Assembly (NCBI GenBank): GCA_963727565.1
Contig: CAVSGU010000007.1
Coordinates: forward strand, 119,979-183,978
DNA length: 64,000 bases
Direction of reading: 5' to 3'
Source of the DNA: an uncultured Flavobacteriaceae bacterium
Lineage (GTDB): Bacteria > Bacteroidota > Bacteroidia > Flavobacteriales > Flavobacteriaceae
The notes under the pieces were generated by a model. It worked only from the letters and a program-made list of their open reading frames with translations. It did no database searches and was not told the DNA's origin. The position numbers and the translations under genes are program-made. Below are positions 63,723-64,000 of the stretch, in pieces (within the stretch, counting starts at the first letter, position 1; the number at the start of each line of letters is the position of its first letter).

Positions 63723-64000
63723 TTATTATTATTTAAAAAAGAGGATAGCCTACTAAAGTCATATTTTTCAAGCAAAGGACCTATTGCCTCTATTTCTTCA
63801 ATTAATGATTTATAAACGGTTTTTTGAAAATTTGATTTGTTAACCTCGAAAATCCAACTATAATTTTCTTTACAATATCTAACCAGATCCATACCTATCG
63901 GTATTTTGTATTTATCAGCAATCGAAAAGACGGCCGATAACACTAAATAATCGGAGGGGTAATCTATAGTCAAACGAAGCTTTTTAAAATTTTCATCTTC
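63719..64000 (-). CDS. C-terminal part of an SpsF/PseF-like cytidylyltransferase; 5'-truncated by window
   Basis: Frame is open from 64000: EDENFKKLRLTIDYPSDY (RLTxDxxxD motif of SpsF/KdsB-like CTP transferases). Confidence 0.65.
   Translation of the reverse strand, partial: EDENFKKLRLTIDYPSDYLVLSAVFSIADKYKIPIGMDLVRYCKENYSWIFEVNKSNFQKTVYKSLIEEIEAIGPLLEKYDFSRLSSFLNNNK

Noticed and set aside
18616-64000. Mobile element, prophage, invertible promoter or UpxY antiterminator controlling the locus
   Set aside because: No transposase, integrase, invertase, tRNA, terminal repeats or NusG-like gene was recognised in the window.

Overview
Low-GC Bacteroidota DNA, most likely a marine Flavobacteriaceae such as Salegentibacter or Gramella (inferred from gene content and TAnnTTTG promoter boxes). 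1-14 kb is housekeeping: a CPA2 antiporter end, ABC1/UbiB kinase, S10 peptidase, thrABC with a Thr/Ile-rich leader ORF, an AAA-ATPase/vWA pair, PAP2 and EEP genes, and CGTC-tagged palindromic repeats. 14-18.6 kb is a PAS two-component cluster. 18.6-64 kb is one very large, mostly minus-strand surface-polysaccharide locus. It holds Wzi, Wzb, Wzc, Wza, PglF/E/D/C-like bacillosamine-type initiation genes, many glycosyltransferases, an ABC flippase, Wzy- and Wzx-like genes, AsnB, two deacetylase/GNAT sets, MBOAT/SGNH, and a pseudaminic-acid module with extra formyltransferases. The standout is a tightly coupled 7-gene cassette at 48883-57311. It has homologues of the three Campylobacter phosphoramidate (P-N bond) enzymes Cj1418/Cj1417/Cj1416. 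In place of the Cj1415 kinase, methyltransferases and Cj1421-type transferases it has an unknown protein, a formyltransferase, a TagF-like CDP-alcohol phosphotransferase and a YidC-like/sulfatase-fold fusion. That suggests an uncharacterised non-methyl, possibly N-formyl, phosphoramidate glycan decoration and export system. Caution: from about 14.4 kb onward many genes carry 1-bp indels, probably sequencing or assembly errors, so several gene models were rebuilt by eye across frames. All family assignments come from motif recognition and recall; no database search was run. No rRNA, tRNA, CRISPR array or transposase was seen.
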